Shown here: positions 25,445 through 39,639 of the stretch, piece after piece
Layout of the letters: each line of letters opens with the position of its first letter
Numbering within the stretch: the stretch's first letter is position 1
Source: the human T2T-CHM13v2.0 reference genome, Homo sapiens
Direction: 5' to 3' (one strand)
Assembly: GCF_009914755.1 (NCBI RefSeq)
Contig: NC_060927.1
Length of the DNA: 64,000 bases
Notes under the pieces: model-generated
Databases searched by the model: none
Seen by the model: only the letters and a program-made list of their open reading frames with translations
Told to the model about the DNA's origin: nothing
Translations under genes and position numbers: made by a program

Positions 25445-27800
25445 CTACATTTTTATTGTACAAAAATATATGGTGGTAAATACATAGAGCGTATGTATAA
25501 TTTGCAATTTTTACTAATTTTAAGTGTACAATTCATTGGCATTAATTACATTCACAATGTTATGCAACTGTCATCACTGTTTTCGAAAACTTTTTTTATC
25601 TCAAACAAAAACTCTGTATTCATTCAATAACCTCCCATAAAAAAAATAACCTCCCATTTCTCTTTCCCTCATTCCCTAGTAACCTCTATTTTACTTTCTG
25701 TCTCCATGAATTTGCTAATTCTAGATATTTTATATACATGGAAGCATATAATATTTTTCCTTTTGTGTCTAGTTGATTTCAGTTAGCAAAATGTTTTCAA
25801 GGTTCACCCCTGTTCTAGCGTATCATTCCTTTTTTTCTGGCTGAATAATATTCCATTGTACAAATATACCACAGTTTGCTTATCCATTTATCTGTTGATA
25901 GATAGTTGAGTTGTGTGGCCTTTTGGCTACTATAAATATTACTGCCATGAACTTTCACGTACAAGTGTCTATTTGAGTTCCTGTTTTCAATTATTTCAGG
26001 CATACACCTAGGTAATAGGGGTGGAATTGCTGAGTCATATGGTCATTCTGTTTGGCTTTTTGAGGAACCTCAAAAACTGTTTTTCACAATGGCTGTACCA
26101 CTTTATATTCCCACTAGCAATATACATGGGTTCCAATTTCTTCACATCCTTGCCAACACTTGTTATTTTCTGGGAAGTGTGTGTGTGTGTGTCTGTGTGT
26201 GTTATAGCTATCCTAGTAGGTGTGAAGTGGTATCGCATTATGATTCTTATTTGCACTCCCCTAATGAATAATGATATTGGGCATCATTTCATGTGCTTAT
26301 TGATCATCTGCATATCCTCCTTAGAGAAGTATCTATTTAAGTCCTTTGCCCATTTGTTAAATTGGGTTGTCTTTCTATTATTGAGTTGTACGAGTTCTTT
26401 CTATATTCTATATATTAAACACTTCTCAGATATATGATTGGCAAATATTTAATATTTTCTCCCATTCTGTAGGGTGTCTTTGCACTTTCTTAATAATGTC
26501 CTTTGATTCACAAATGTGTTTAAGTTTGATGAAGTACAATTTATCTGTTTTCTCTTTTGTTGCTCGTGTGTTTTGTGCCATATCTAAGAATTCGTTGCCA
26601 AATCTAAGCTCATGAAGATTTATCCCTATGTTTTCTTCTAAGAGTTTTATCATTTTGGTTCTTATATTTAGGTTGTTGATCTATTTTTAGTAAATCTTTG
26701 TATATAGGATAAGGTAGGGGCCAAACTTCATTGTCTTGCATGTGGAAATCTAGATGTCCCAACACCATCTGTTGAAGAGATTATTATTTCTTTATTAAAT
26801 GATCTTGGTACCTTTGTCAAAATAAATTGGCCATAAATGTTTGGGTTTACTTCTGGACTCACAAGTCTACTCCATTGGTATATATATTTACCTATTTTTA
26901 TACCAGCACCATACCGTTTTGATTTCAATGGCTTTTAAATCAGAAAATTAAATTTTAAAGAGTGTTTTTAAGTCAGAAAGTGTGAGTACTCTAACTTTGT
27001 TCTTCTTTAATAGAGATTGTCTTAGCAACTCAGGGCCCCTTGCAATGCCATATGAATGTGAGTGTAGGCTTTCTCATTTCTGCAAAAAAAAAAAAAGCTA
27101 TTAAGATTTTGATATGAATTACATTGAATCTGTAAATAGCTTTGAGCCATATTGACATCTTAGCAATGTAAATCTTTCCATGAACATGAAATGTCTTTCC
27201 ATTTATTTAGGTCTTCTTTAATATAGTTCAGAAATGTTTTCTAGTTTTAAATGTCCAAGTCTTTTACCTCCTTGGTTGAATTTATTCCTAGTTCCTTTAT
27301 TCTTTTAGATGCTATTTTAAATGGAATTACTTTCTTAATTTCCTTCCCAGACTGCTCATTGCTCTTGCACAAAAACACAATTGATTTTTTGTTTGTTTGT
27401 TTTTGTTTTGTGAACTGACCTTGTACTCTGTAACTTTCCTGAATTTGTTTATTAGTTCTGGTGGTTTTCTTGTTCATTATTTGGGATTTTCTATACATAG
27501 AATCATGACATCTGTGAATAAAAATAATTTTACTTATTTCTTTCCAATTTGGATGCTTTGTATTTCTTTTTCTCATCAAATTACTCTAGCTAGAATTTCC
27601 AGCACAATGTTGAATAGCAGGGGTGTCAGTGAATATTCTTCTCTTTCTCCTGATGTTAGTGGGAAAGTTTTCAGGCTTTCGCCATTGCCTGTGATGTTAG
27701 CTATGGGTTTTTCATAAATGACTTTTTTCATGTTACAGAAATTTTCTTCTATTCCTAGTTTTCTGAGGGTTTTTATTCTAAAAGAGTGTTGGATATCATC
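25445..27800 (-). mobile_element. L1MB-type element (3' UTR plus ORF2 3' half)
   Basis: Minus ORFs contain KWISKLWYICTMEYYSA, MRYHFTPTRIA, KLLEENIGINLHELRFG and IPFKIASKRIKELGIN. Confidence 0.92.
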
Positions 27801-28884
27801 ATGTTTTGAGTAGACAATAACTGGAACAGAAAATAACTCTTTGCTTGGTCTCTGGTTCTCTTATCATACTGAAATTTATGGGTCATTGCTCATCTAACAG
27901 GAACAAGAATTAGACTTGGCCACAAGAGGGAATCACTTCAGATTCTGGCTAGTATTTGATATATAATCTTTGCTGCTGACCTGTACAGTTCTGCATTCTT
28001 AGATCATGATTTATGTCACTTCTGCCTATGAATCCAGACTATACACATGCCTTGGCCCTACACGTGGGACCGGGTCTTTTGACTCACCACAAACACTCTA
28101 CAGTCTCTCATCTCAGCCCTAATCACTACATTGACATTGAATGCATGCAGAACCCCAGTTTCTACAGTAAATGATTCCTTCCCACCTTCCCCAAGCTGTG
28201 GCCCGTTGCTCAGTCCGTCATAATCTACCAAGCCTTAAGTCAACCTCTCAGCATGTCTTGTCAAGCCTCTATCTCTCTCTTCCCCAGGCTTTCTGGGCAT
28301 TCCTGCTAACTTGATGGTTGTGGTCACTCTGCCTTGAGAGCCTGTCTCCACAGAGTTCTCACTGTCACTCACACATCACCACTTCCTAGTCTCTTCTCTG
28401 GGCTGATCCAATAATAAACTCCAGCCATCTTTGATTTCCACCGAAAAAAACCTCTTCATACAAGGTATATGTGTAGAGCAGACCACTAGAGGTTTGGGGA
28501 GATGGTCTGTGTTCATAGCACAGTAACAACAAAGCAGAATCTTAGATTCCATCATTCTTAAAAAATACCCTCAGCTATCTGTGCTGCTTGGGGGTGCAAG
28601 TCTCCCACAATATTGCATATGCCCTTCTCTCTTTCATTTCACTGCTCACTTTATTATGCAGAAAAGTTTAGCTCTTTTTTAAAAATCTATTCTAAAGTAG
28701 ATTCTGGCAGCCCCATTGCACATCAGCAGACTTATTCTTGTGCTATGTCTCACTCTTTGTTCTTCCCTCCAGCCACAGGAAAAGAGCAGAATAATATCGA
28801 TGTTTTCCCCTACTCTTATCAATTAGCCTGCCTCCCTTAGAAGAGGAAAAAGGCTGCAGTCATCTTGGGTTTTAAATAGCAGGG

Positions 28885-28963
<79 letters not shown>

Positions 28964-28979
28964 TACACACACACACACA
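28885..28979 (+). repeat. (TC)n(AC)n compound microsatellite
   Basis: Seen directly. Confidence 0.96.
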
Positions 28980-29047
28980 TAATACAGTTTGAATACTTAA
29001 ATACCTTATACTAAAATATAAGATATTGTATATAATACCCTGATCCC

Positions 29048-29621
29048 ATAGTCTCCAAACTGTGTACAGAGGTGGCCCAGGGCACCACAAGTGAATTCTC
29101 AGAGGTGTCATGAGATATTTTATATTTTTGAGGGAGTCAGACACCATGCAAACTACCAGCTCTAGGTGGTTCATAGTTTTAATGTTAGACCATACTACAT
29201 TCCTTTTGATAATTTCATATCTTTGCAACGCTGAGTTTTCTGTGGTTGCTTTGATAAAAAAAAGAAGTAACATTCTAAAATCAATGTGTAATAAGAAATT
29301 AGAATGTTGGGAACCGATCTGATTCCAAGGATTGAGAAGTTTTGCAGTGGTCAACTGGTATAGACATCCCATTAGTAAGTAATTACAAATATTTTGGAAT
29401 AAAATATAAATATTTTTCTTCATATATATACACACACATACACATGTACATAAATATATATTTATATGTAACTTTTTAAAATATTACTAAGTTCTTAAGA
29501 CTTGCTTTTTAATAAAATATTAAAACCTTAGGACTTTACTATTTAATAAAAGAATCTACTAAGTATTTCCTTTGGCCTGGGATGTTGTGAAAAAGATACC
29601 AAGAAAGTCTGAGGAACTTTG
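29048..29621 (+). mobile_element. hAT-Charlie deletion derivative with a transposase C-terminal remnant
   Basis: ORF 29110..29322 ISYLCNAEFSVVALIKKRS resembles the hAT dimerisation-domain motif (S/T)YLCExxFS...K. Confidence 0.65.
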
Positions 29622-29819
29622 GCTCTACTTTTTTATACACATGACAACTAAAAAAAAAAACAACAACATATTTAACATTACAAAAAAAAGGTAACTAGAG
29701 TAACTAATACAAACATCTAGGGAAATCATTACTGTAGAAAGCATTAATTTATGAGAACATTATTGTAATTAACATTACCTCCTTTTTAATGTAAGTACCT
29801 GAGAAACTTTAAAGGGCAT

Positions 29820-30220
29820 TTCCATTTGTGCTGCTATAGCAAAATATCTGAAACTGGGTAATTTATAAATAATAGAAATTTATTTTTTCATAGTTTTTGG
29901 AGGCTGCAAAGTCCAAGATCAAGGCATCAGCAGGTTCCTTATCTGGTGAGGGCCCAATCTCTCATTCCAGGATGGCACCTTGCTGTGTCCTCCAGAGCAG
30001 ATGAACATTATATTTTCATAGGTGGAAAGCAGAAGGGCTAAAGAACAAAAAGGGGTGACAGCTCCCTTGAACTTCTTTAACAAAGGAACTCAACCCCTTC
30101 ATGAGGGATCTGCCTCATGACTCAGTCCCTCCTAAAGGCCCACCTCTTAACACTATTGCATTGGCGGTTAAGTTTCAACATATGAATTTTTGAGGGGACA
30201 CAAACGTTCAAACCATAGCA
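29820..30220 (-). mobile_element. MaLR solo LTR (MSTC/MSTD-like)
   Basis: gctgctatagcaaaatatctgaaactgggtaatttata...aagtccaagatcaagg...gttcaaaccatagca. Confidence 0.88.
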
Positions 30221-30943
30221 GGTATAAATCAGGAAAGTCTCTGGAGAAAGTCAAACACTAATTAATAAAATTGTTTGGAGAAACAAGCCACTATGGTTAG
30301 TTAAATCTTTCTCATCAACTGAATGTTAATGAAAAATCTTATGTTAATCCTTTTTCTGAAAGTTTAAAAAAAAAACATGTTGGCCATTTGTCTGTCTTTG
30401 TATGTACAATTTGCTAAATATAATTTAATTTTCTTTTGGTGACAAAGTAAGTTAATAGGAGGTTAAATTATTTTCCCAGTGCTAAAACAATAGTGAGTGG
30501 CAGAACCAGCATTTGAAACCAGACATTCAGGCTCAAGCACTTGGATGCTGAGCTCCTCTCATTAGCATCAGGATCTTTGGTCTGATCAGCAGTTATTTCT
30601 GGACCATAGGTGTTGGAGGTATTAAACATTGGCTTGAATATTACTTAATTAAAGGACACCCCCCTGGAATTCAATTTTTGAAAGTACTAGTGGAATTGTA
30701 AAAAAAATAAATAAATAACTAAACTAGAAGTCAGAGCCTTAGGTTTAAATGCCAGGTCTACCACTTCCTGGCATTTAAACCTTTTTGATCTCATTACCTT
30801 TCCTATAAAGTGGGTTGTTGTTACAATCAAATGAGACAATACATAAAAGAGTTCTCTGCACATTGTGAATATTGAGCATTAACATCATTTCTTTTTCTTA
30901 TTTGACTCTTTCTCCTAGAAGTGGAGTGTAGAAAGAAAAAAAA

Positions 30944-31283
<340 letters not shown>

Positions 31284-31505
31284 TTACGTGACTCTGTCTA
31301 CTCTATATTATAGTTATTCACATACATTTCCCCCGCTATATTTTCTAAGTCACGCTATATTTCCCATCACCCCCTGAGCCCGTCATTAACCTTTGCAATT
31401 CTCATTTGCTGAAGAATAGTGACTCATTCATAATTTTAAAAAGAATCAGTGGAAAGCATAATTGGGTTAACCCAACAATTCTGCTTCTAAAAGTACATAC
31501 TAAGG

Positions 31506-31745
31506 CAGTCTTTCCCAAAGTGCTAGGGGGGAACATTAATTATATGAGAGATCAATGAGGATCAATACGTTTGAAAAATGTCATATATTAGATTCCACCT
31601 TAGAAAGTCAATGTTAATGGGCATATGTATTAAATGCTCTGAGAAATACTGCAGGAAAGAAGTTCGTTCAATTTGTTCTACCTCTTCATTTTCGAATTCA
31701 TTGATCACCCTCCTCCCCACCAACAGATGATTTTTTACCTAACAG
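31506..31745. mobile_element. MER103-like DNA transposon remnant
   Basis: cagtctttcccaaagtg...ctctgagaaatactgcaggaaagaag. Confidence 0.6.
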
Positions 31746-31754
31746 CTATGTTAT

Positions 31755-31965
31755 ACTGTTTAAGAGTATGAGCTCTGGAGTCACATTGCTGGGTTAAAAT
31801 TCTGCCCAGTACAACTGTTAAGCCATGTGACCTGACTTCTCTAATCCTCACCTCTCTCATCCATAAAATGGAAATAATACTAATCAAACTTTAAAAATTT
31901 GCGAGTATTGGATAAGAAAATGCACGTAAAACACATACTAAATGTTCAATACATTTAGGTAAAGT
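31755..31965 (+). mobile_element. MIR
   Basis: gttaagagtatgagctctggagtca...ctcatccataaaatggaaataatac. Confidence 0.8.
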
Positions 31966-34900
31966 TGTTAACATTACTCAAAATTAGTGTTTGTAGACTA
32001 TAATTTGAAAATGCCATCGTAAGTAAACAGATAAAAGAACAAAAATGCATATACAAGTAATTGCTGAGGGTCTATAAAGTGCTACTGAAAACAGGAAATT
32101 TATTGTAAGGCTTCCAGGTAGCATATGTCTGTGAAAAGGAAGGAGATTATTTGCAATCTTGGCAATTTGAGTTTTCATTCAGTTAGGAAGGACCAGGCAG
32201 CTGCTGTGGCCATTGCTGGGATCTGCTGATGTCTCTGTAGATGTTTGCAGGCACACAGATGGTCCACAGGACAAAGGAAAAGCTGGTGCTCAAAGACAGA
32301 TAAAGGAAAGGCAGAGAGAGAAGGGAGTGCTGACTGCTGCTGCTCCTCTTACCCCGATCAGTGGAAGGGAACACCTGTATCTCCATTAATTCAGTCTCCT
32401 TCCTTAGCTCATGGAGAGAAAAGATGTTCTTCTTAGAAGGTACTATTGTCAAAGAAAGATAAATCATATTCTCTATCTTTAAAAATAAAGTAGAGAATTA
32501 TGTAGTAAAAACAAAAACTGATTTTCTTCTAAAATACAGGGTTAGGTAAAATCATAAAAGAAGACAATACAGAGTAATACAGTAGGCTTCTTTTAGGTTG
32601 GTGGGTTAGAAAATTCCTAAGGAGAAATTAAGCAACTAATCTTGCTGTTGTTCATGTATTCGTATGACTATTACTTTTCCATACAGCAAAGTATTTTACA
32701 TGCTACTGAAAAACTTTAATTACAAAAACACTTCAATGTAATTAATAACAATTTCTTCGCATTTACACAATGGGAAAATGGAAGATTTTCTCTATGTTAA
32801 TGCATAGTTGGCAAACAAATAGTTAGTTATACTTGACTGTAATAATCAAATAGACCTTTTGTCTTAAACAAAATGAAATATTACATTTTCTACAATGTAC
32901 TTTGGCTACATGCTTTTCTATGATTAAGCTGTCTCTTCAATGTGTTAGTCACACAATTCATACCTGGATAAGGTTGTATGGCTCATCAAGAAATCTTTAT
33001 GTGACACAGAGTTACATAAGTAGGCTGCCTGATGTATTATTTCTTTTCTGAGTGTGATGATGAGCATTTGATTCATTTGTTCATGTCTCTCTAAGAATGA
33101 TTTATCAATGTCAATGACACTTAGATATCTGACAGCAGTTAATGTTGCTTTAAGTAAATATGGCAGCCCTACTAAAGGTATCCAGGGAAAATATTGCTTC
33201 TTATGTGGATAAGTTCATTTAGTTAGTGACTGAAACTCTAACAAGTCAACCTCAACAGCCTATTGTATTTTTTGTAAGCAAACTGGAGAAACTCTCTGGA
33301 GTACACAAAAAGTATTCCCTCAGTTCAAATGTTACAGTTGTATAAATCAACTAGCAGAGCCAAGAAAAGTAATGTAAGCCTGAACTCTTGGTTTTTTCCT
33401 TTTTTCTTGCATGCAATAGCAGTTTGGTGTTTTGTTCTGACATTAAAAGCATCTTAAATTAGAAACTACTGTTTTTGTACAAATTAACGTATGTAATTTT
33501 AACTATGGCATCTTTTTTAATTCATTAATATAATCAGATATTATGCCATCTTCTGATAGTTCTCTCTTGAATCAGATCAATCTCAAAACTTTGCTCTTGC
33601 AAAGTGCTGCAGAAGTGAAGCCAGCTCCTTCAGCAGGATCTGTTTGGCTGCCCAGCCTCACTGATGTGAGGGAAGGGAAAAACAGGCAGTATAGAAGCCT
33701 CTCCAGGTGGGAGGGGCTCAGAAGTTGATAGGTACAACCTCACAATGTCAGAAATTGGAATTTGTTGAGATTACAGGTGAGGAGATAGTGCCATGTTAAT
33801 TTTTTTTTCTTGGAAGTTAGTGCTGCATGCAAACAATCATGGATGTATATTGGTACTTATTCAATTGTCACTGAAAAAAATGTGTTCTTATTGCATTCTT
33901 CTGACCAGAAGGAGATTTTTCAGTGGGCGCTTTTGCTAGGGCTGAAGAAATATGAATCCTGTCTTTCAGTGTCCCAAAAATACCAATATATTTTATTTCT
34001 TGGTCTTTTGTTATCTGTTATTCTCTTTCCTTTTTACCTTTTTTATTTTAAATACTCTCAAGGTATTTCTGGGTTGAGGAAAGTTGACTCCATGCAGAAA
34101 TCAAAATGTATCACTCTTAATTTCCAAAGCAATTGCATTTATCTGTAGGCAAATACCTAGAAGTCAGGTTTCTTTGACAATTAAAAAAATAATAATGGGT
34201 AAAAACATTCAAATAGCATAAAGGGCTTCTGTGGCACTGTGTTCTGTGTTGTTGCAGCATATTAATACAGAACTCTTCAGAGTCTTAATTCACTTCAGCA
34301 GCCCCTGTAAAAATTCATGCCAGAGAGTGGGAGAGAAGGTTGGCAGCCAGAGGACTAGAAGCCAAATGCTTCCTCACTGGCAGTGGCATCTGGATAGGAG
34401 GTTGGCCTGCCTCCGGGACTCTTGGCCAACAGCACTGTTGTCTATACAGACGGCTGTGTATCTGTTCAAGAGTCCAACAACTGTGTGTGTGTGTATTTTG
34501 GTAAGCTATTATTTCTGGGCCAAAGATTTCCATGGCATTTTTGCATCTGTTGGCACCAATTCTATATTTGGCTCCCTTCATTCCCACCCGCTGCTACTTT
34601 TTAGTTTTCTGATCAAAAACATTGCACATAAATGGAAATGTATTAAGGGGAGAAAAAATATTTTTAAAGATTTTTCTTAAACCCAACAAAGCATATATAG
34701 ACATGACATTGACTTTATTCCAGACAGGACATTTTCCTTTCCACAAGCTATGAATAATGTTAAAATTCTAATCTCAGTGCATTTTTCTTGATCCTTTAGA
34801 TAGAATCTAATTATAGAATTATCAGAAGTTACTTTAATCAGCAATATACTGAACCATTAAGAAATGCAAAGTCAAGCTACTCTTTCAACGTTTCCAAAGG

Positions 34901-35646
34901 AATAATCATTTTATAATTTTATAGAATATAGTTAATGCAATATGGTACCAAGAGTTGCCAAACATCCAATCAACTGGCTTGTCAAAATCCTTTACTGTGC
35001 AAGGTTACAACCTCTTAGCCTTTTAAGGTTCTACTATCCCAAACTTATTTGTTTTGAGGATATTTCTACACTAATTCAATTCAACTAACATCTCTTGGAT
35101 GGTCCCTTTATGTAAAATGCTGGGGGATGCAAAATTGAATAAGATGTCTGCCTTAAAGTGTTCTTTTTTAATGAAGAAAACTGAGAACAGACTTGTCAAC
35201 AAGTAACAAGAACATCAGAAAAAAAGACATAAAAGTCAATGGAGGTCCAAAGTACATTGCAGCACATACCAGGAATGTGGCAATAAGGAAATGAACTCCA
35301 TTTTTATGTGTATCTTCTGGAAAAATTTTAGTTGAAATTAGTGTTCTAAAACTGGAAGGGTCCATGGGAATCATGTAATTCTGAATCTCTCCTCTACATT
35401 TTATTGATGAGGACACTTATTTGGTCATGGTCTCACAGTGATTAATACTAGGACACAGATCCAGTTCTCTCAATGTTACTCCTCTTGATTTTAGAATTAA
35501 GACATACTTAAAATGAAATTTGCAGGAAAATCTTTTAAAATGCCATGGCATAATTTCATGGAATAATAATGAACAGTAAATAATTCCCATGACTAGGGAA
35601 TCACTATGTGATGTAAATGAGAAATGGAATAGAGTTCCTGCAATCA

Positions 35647-36078
<432 letters not shown>

Positions 36079-36205
36079 TTAGATTTTTAGGCTTCTGCAT
36101 CAACCTTGTGCACTTAATTAATATGAGTTCATTCCTAAAAGATCTGTTCTTGAGCAGGCTAACATTAGGCTTCTGCGTGTTTATGATGAGGGTCACAGTT
36201 TAACA

Positions 36206-36370
36206 CCTTGCTTCTCAAAGTATGGTCCTCAGGCCAGCAGCATCAGTATCAGTAGGTAGCCTGTTGGAAATGCAGAATAGACCTACTAAATCAAGAATTT
36301 ATTGTCTAACAAGATCCCAGACAATTTGTATGCATTTGTCCCGGGTATTTCTAAAATTTGAGAAACACTA
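36206..36370. mobile_element. MER5A
   Basis: cttctcaaagtatggtcc...cagcagcatcag...gaaatgcagaat...tttgagaaacact. Confidence 0.85.
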
Positions 36371-36378
36371 CTCTCGAG

Positions 36379-36696
36379 CAGGAACAAGCAAAATTTTTCT
36401 GGAGAAGACCGAATAGTAAATATTTTAGGTTTTGTAGAATATATGGTCTTTGTTGCAACTACTTAACTCTGCCGTTTTAGTACAAAAGCAGCCACAGACA
36501 ATATGGAAACCAATGAGCATGGCTATGTCCCAATACAACTCTATATGGACACTGAAACTTGAATTTCATATAATATTTATATTGCAAAATATTTTTATTT
36601 TTTTAACCACTTAAAAACCTTTCTTAACTTGCAAGGCCTTACAACAATAGAGGGCAAGCCAGATTATCCTACTGGTAATAGTTTGCCCATGCTTTG
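36379..36696 (+). mobile_element. MER58B-like hAT MITE
   Basis: atagtaaatattttaggtttt...aaagcagccacagacaata...tagtttgcc; degenerate 8-bp TSD ctctcgag/ctctggac. Confidence 0.85.
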
Positions 36697-36818
36697 CTCT
36701 GGACCAGAGAAAACTCCATTAGGATCAAGTCATCCTATGAAGTCAGGCATTCCCTATTGACCCATCCCCAATTCCCATGTGCCAAGTGAGACTTTTCCTC
36801 TTTAAATTTCCAGAGATG

Positions 36819-37105
36819 GGCTGGGTGCGATGGCTCACACTTATAATTGCAGCACTTTGGGAAACTGAGGCAGGAGGATTGCTTGAGCTCAGTTCGAGAC
36901 TAGCCTGGGCAACACAGTGATACCTCATCTCTACTAAAACGGAAAAAAAAAAAAAGGTGTGATGGTGCAAGCCTGTAGTCCCAGCTACTTAAGAGGCTGA
37001 GCTGGGAGGATCACCTGAGCCTGGGAGATCGAGTCTGCAATGAACCGTGATCATGCCAGCGCACTCCAGAGTAGGTGATAGAGTAAGACCCTATCTCAAA
37101 ATAAA
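36819..37105 (+). mobile_element. AluJ
   Basis: Dimer; TSD taaatttccagagat/taaattttcagagat. Confidence 0.94.
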
Positions 37106-38010
37106 TAAATTTTCAGAGATAGAATACCTTTTTTGTTTTTATCAAACTTGATAAAGTATAATTCAATACTTTTAAATAATTTAACATTTAAATTAAGACA
37201 TTATAGGACTACAGGAATTCTGGAATATAGATGCAGAACTTGATAGAGAATTAGCTGATTCTCTGGGAACTGTAACATAATTTGGAATATCAATGTTCTA
37301 GTCAAACAAGCAATTTCCACTTTGTTTCATGTGGTTACCTGGGTTCTCTGACCACAAGCAGCAATGAAGAAGTGATATACCAATGAACCCTACTACAACC
37401 ATAGACTCATATGCACCAAGGATGAGCAAAGTTTAGGTAACAAAGTGCAGAAAGAAGCAGGCATAGACTACCTATTACCTAATTTTTAATCCATGTTTAT
37501 ATGTCCCAAATGGCAGGAATATTTGGTCTCTTAACTCCCCGTCACCATTTGTGCAGCAGGATATCCACTTGGAAGCATGCCACAATCACCAGTCAGCCCT
37601 GCCACCGCTTAGTTCATCTGTCAGCCACAGAAATATTTTGGCCACCATCACTGGGTTTATTTTTTCCAGTGAGATAAGGCAATTGACCCTGCACTTCTAA
37701 TGAGTGGTATAAAGTAAGCTGATAGATTCTGAATATCATTCTTACTGACTGAATTATTAGATCTTTTTCTCCTCAACTGGATTAACAACAAAAAAGTGTT
37801 TCAATCATGATACTTTAAGTAACAAGTTTAGATAACAATAAAGCTCCCATATGTGATGTATGTAAGTTTCTAGACATCCATTTCACATTAATAGTTCTAT
37901 CATCTGAAGGAATGTTTACTCTTTTTATTGTCATGACACAAATTTCTAATTTTATGTATTTATCCCCAGTTCTAAAGTTTGAAGACACACACATAATCAC
38001 CTGAAGAACT

Positions 38011-38303
<293 letters not shown>

Positions 38304-38689
38304 CAGGAACTTTTTAAACATGCCCATGAGCAAGGGGCTCCCCAAAATGAATAGAAGCAGAGTACCTAGTGGTGGGTCCTGGCATCTCTATTTAAAAAAA
38401 AAAGTCTACCTCGCTTGACCAGTTGCAACTTTTGTGCCTCTAAGAAGTATCTGAATAGCTTAGAGTAGCACCTTGGGATATCGACTACCCTGGGATATTA
38501 CTAATCTTAGTCTTTACTCAGGAACAAATGAGCGTAATCTTGTTTTGCTTTTTAATTTTCATTGTTATTTTGGAGTCTGTGGAGAAAAAAAATAATTTAA
38601 TTGGTGTTAAAGCAGTTCATCATATGAAACAGAATATGAAAATAATCTGACTATTCAATTTCAAACTGTTGTATTAATAGTAATTAAAT

Positions 38690-38920
38690 TGTTAATCATT
38701 GAGCCATGTCTATGCCAGGCACCATGCTAGGGTGCTTTACATACATTATCTCATTTAACCTTCTCAGTAACCGCATAATACAAGTTGGAAATGCCCTCAC
38801 ATTGCACTGCAAAAATGGAAAGATCAGACAGATTAAGTAACTTATCCAAACTCACAGCTAGTTAGCAGGACCACAATTTGAATCTATGTCTTTAGGATTC
38901 CAAAAATCCACAATTTTAAT
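38690..38920 (-). mobile_element. MIR
   Basis: ctatgccaggcaccatgctagggtgctttacatacattatctcatttaa...attaagtaacttatccaa. Confidence 0.82.
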
Positions 38921-39639
38921 CTCTCCATATATAATTCAAGAATCCAAAAGAACCACAGTTAAGGCAAATAGCGTCTTTGACTATGACCTAAAAACAAAAA
39001 ATAAATTTAAAAAATAAAATAAAATAAATTGGGTTCCTTTCATTACTTACACTTTGCTTGCCTGTGCACATAACTCGACTCTTGGTTAATCACCAGTTAG
39101 CTCAAACAGGTTAATCACCTCTTGACCAATCTGTTTGAAACTGGTCAATTCAGTAGAAACAATCAAGCTGGCAGCAGTTTTGAATAGCTGCCTCAGGAAA
39201 ATGGTCCCTTCAATTCTGGATTGAGACATGGGGTTGGGATAACTCACACTGCCAACGTTTCCAGGGAAAATATCCAATGCAAGGAAGGAAGAAAGAAACA
39301 ATTAAAACTAAAAAACAAGCGAACATCACATATCTATATGTTTGTGACTATGGTTTTTAGCATAAATATCCCTTAATAATTATTGTACATACATGTAAAT
39401 GGGTATAATGAATATATGTATGTATGTGGATATGTATACACACACACATACACACACAGATTACTAGCAGGTGAGCATAAATTAAACCAAGTGTGAATCC
39501 TGTTATTTTTTAGTCTTTCTTCCACACCTGGTGAATTTAAACCCCTATAGGTCATCTTGTCAAAATACAATTTAGTTCTGAAATAAAATAACAGAACGGG
39601 AACAAACACGATCCATTAAAACTCACTGCCAATGTTGCC

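Noticed and set aside
28929-29435. Longest ORF (168 aa, minus strand)
   Set aside because: Runs antisense through a Charlie remnant into a (CA)n repeat; no protein-like features.
32183-32439. GC-richer segment with weak acceptor and donor
   Set aside because: Donor is poor and the translations are uninformative.
34231-34680. 149-aa ORF in unique DNA
   Set aside because: GTG start, no recognisable domain and no convincing splice frame; consistent with a chance ORF.
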